From Eubacteriales bacterium (GTDB taxonomy: Bacteria; Bacillota; Clostridia; Oscillospirales; CAG-272), in contig JAZSIF010000044.1 in assembly GCA_045533675.1 (NCBI GenBank), positions 5,254 through 69,253 on the forward strand: DNA of 64,000 nt, read 5' to 3'. A program made the position numbers and the translations under genes. Below are positions 63,731 through 64,000 of this stretch, in pieces; positions within the stretch are counted from its first letter, which is position 1, and every line of letters starts with the position of its first letter. The notes beneath the pieces were generated by a model. The model did no database searches and had not been told where the DNA came from. It saw nothing but the letters and a program-made list of their open reading frames with translations.

Positions 63731-63958
63731 GTTCAAAAGCGGCGCAAAGCTTTTATGCGAATTATGAATTGACTTTACAATGGATGTGTTGTAAGGCTTG
63801 ATCGTTTGTCTCTAAAAAAGAAATCCGTCGGACCGTGTTGCTTCGAGCGCTGCTGACGGATTTTCTTTTTGTAATGGATAACGGACCGTCGAGGACGTGG
63901 GTCCGTATCGTGCCCCAAACAAAAGTTTGACGGTTTTGTGTACTTTTTGTGAGCTTTT
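63731..63958. repeat. F1 intergenic repeat copy (left end, hairpin-1 and hairpin-3 modules, degenerate right end)
   Basis: GTTCAAAAGCGGCGCAAAGCTTTTATGCGAATTAT at 63731-63765. Hairpin at 63820-63870. ACGGACCGTCGAGGACGTGGGTCCGT at 63881-63906, as at 6275-6298. Confidence 0.65.
63820..63870 (+). terminator. Terminator hairpin after trxB (F1 hairpin-1 module)
   Basis: AAATCCGTC (63821-63829) pairs with GACGGATTT (63855-63863), followed by TCTTTTT. Confidence 0.75.
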
Positions 63959-63960
63959 GG

Positions 63961-63989
63961 TTGACAACCGCTCGCGTTGGGTGTATAAT
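63961..63989 (+). promoter_or_regulatory. Consensus sigma-70 promoter facing out of the window (TTGACA-17-TATAAT)
   Basis: TTGACA at 63961-63966 and TATAAT at 63984-63989. Confidence 0.6.
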
Positions 63990-64000
63990 GAAGAAGTAGT

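Overview
GC-rich chromosomal segment of a Firmicutes/Clostridia-type spore former. This assignment rests on ylbJ, yqfC and yqfD plus two blocks syntenic with Bacillus subtilis: yicC-remA-gmk-rpoZ-priA-def-fmt-rsmB-rlmN-(PASTA)-rsgA-thiN on the minus strand, and yqfC-yqfD-phoH-ybeY-era-recO-mutS2 on the plus strand. I support about 65 protein-coding genes. By eye I found no rRNA, tRNA, CRISPR array, prophage or classical IS/transposase.

Other content:
- ptsI-ptsH.
- A regulator plus 4-enzyme sugar cassette (FGGY kinase, FucI-like isomerase, class II aldolase, DUF4432 epimerase-like).
- A decayed GH2/MFS locus that still has its AraC regulator.
- A membrane-anchored M20 peptidase next to two uncharacterised membrane proteins.
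- Two 4-alpha-glucanotransferase paralogs, one in a PTS(IIA-IIC-IIB)/EEP-phosphatase/MalQ maltose-type operon.
- A TetR/ABC-2 exporter unit.
- An FprA-rubredoxin-thioredoxin-TrxR cluster.
- Two paralogous secreted lipoproteins at the left edge.

The most unusual material is non-coding. Family F1 is a modular palindromic intergenic repeat with five copies, which carry the local terminators. Family F2 is a structured 200-265-bp element with GTGTCATCYTGAGCGRAG inverted termini, in three copies. One F2 copy is nested inside an F1 copy. Another sits directly upstream of an AT-rich GIY-YIG nuclease gene inserted into the conserved ybeY-era operon.

Two further points stand out. The prkC slot holds a kinase-less four-PASTA protein with no Stp phosphatase gene. 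The HPr lacks Ser46.

All function calls come from motif and family recognition in the translated ORFs and from gene context. No database search was run.
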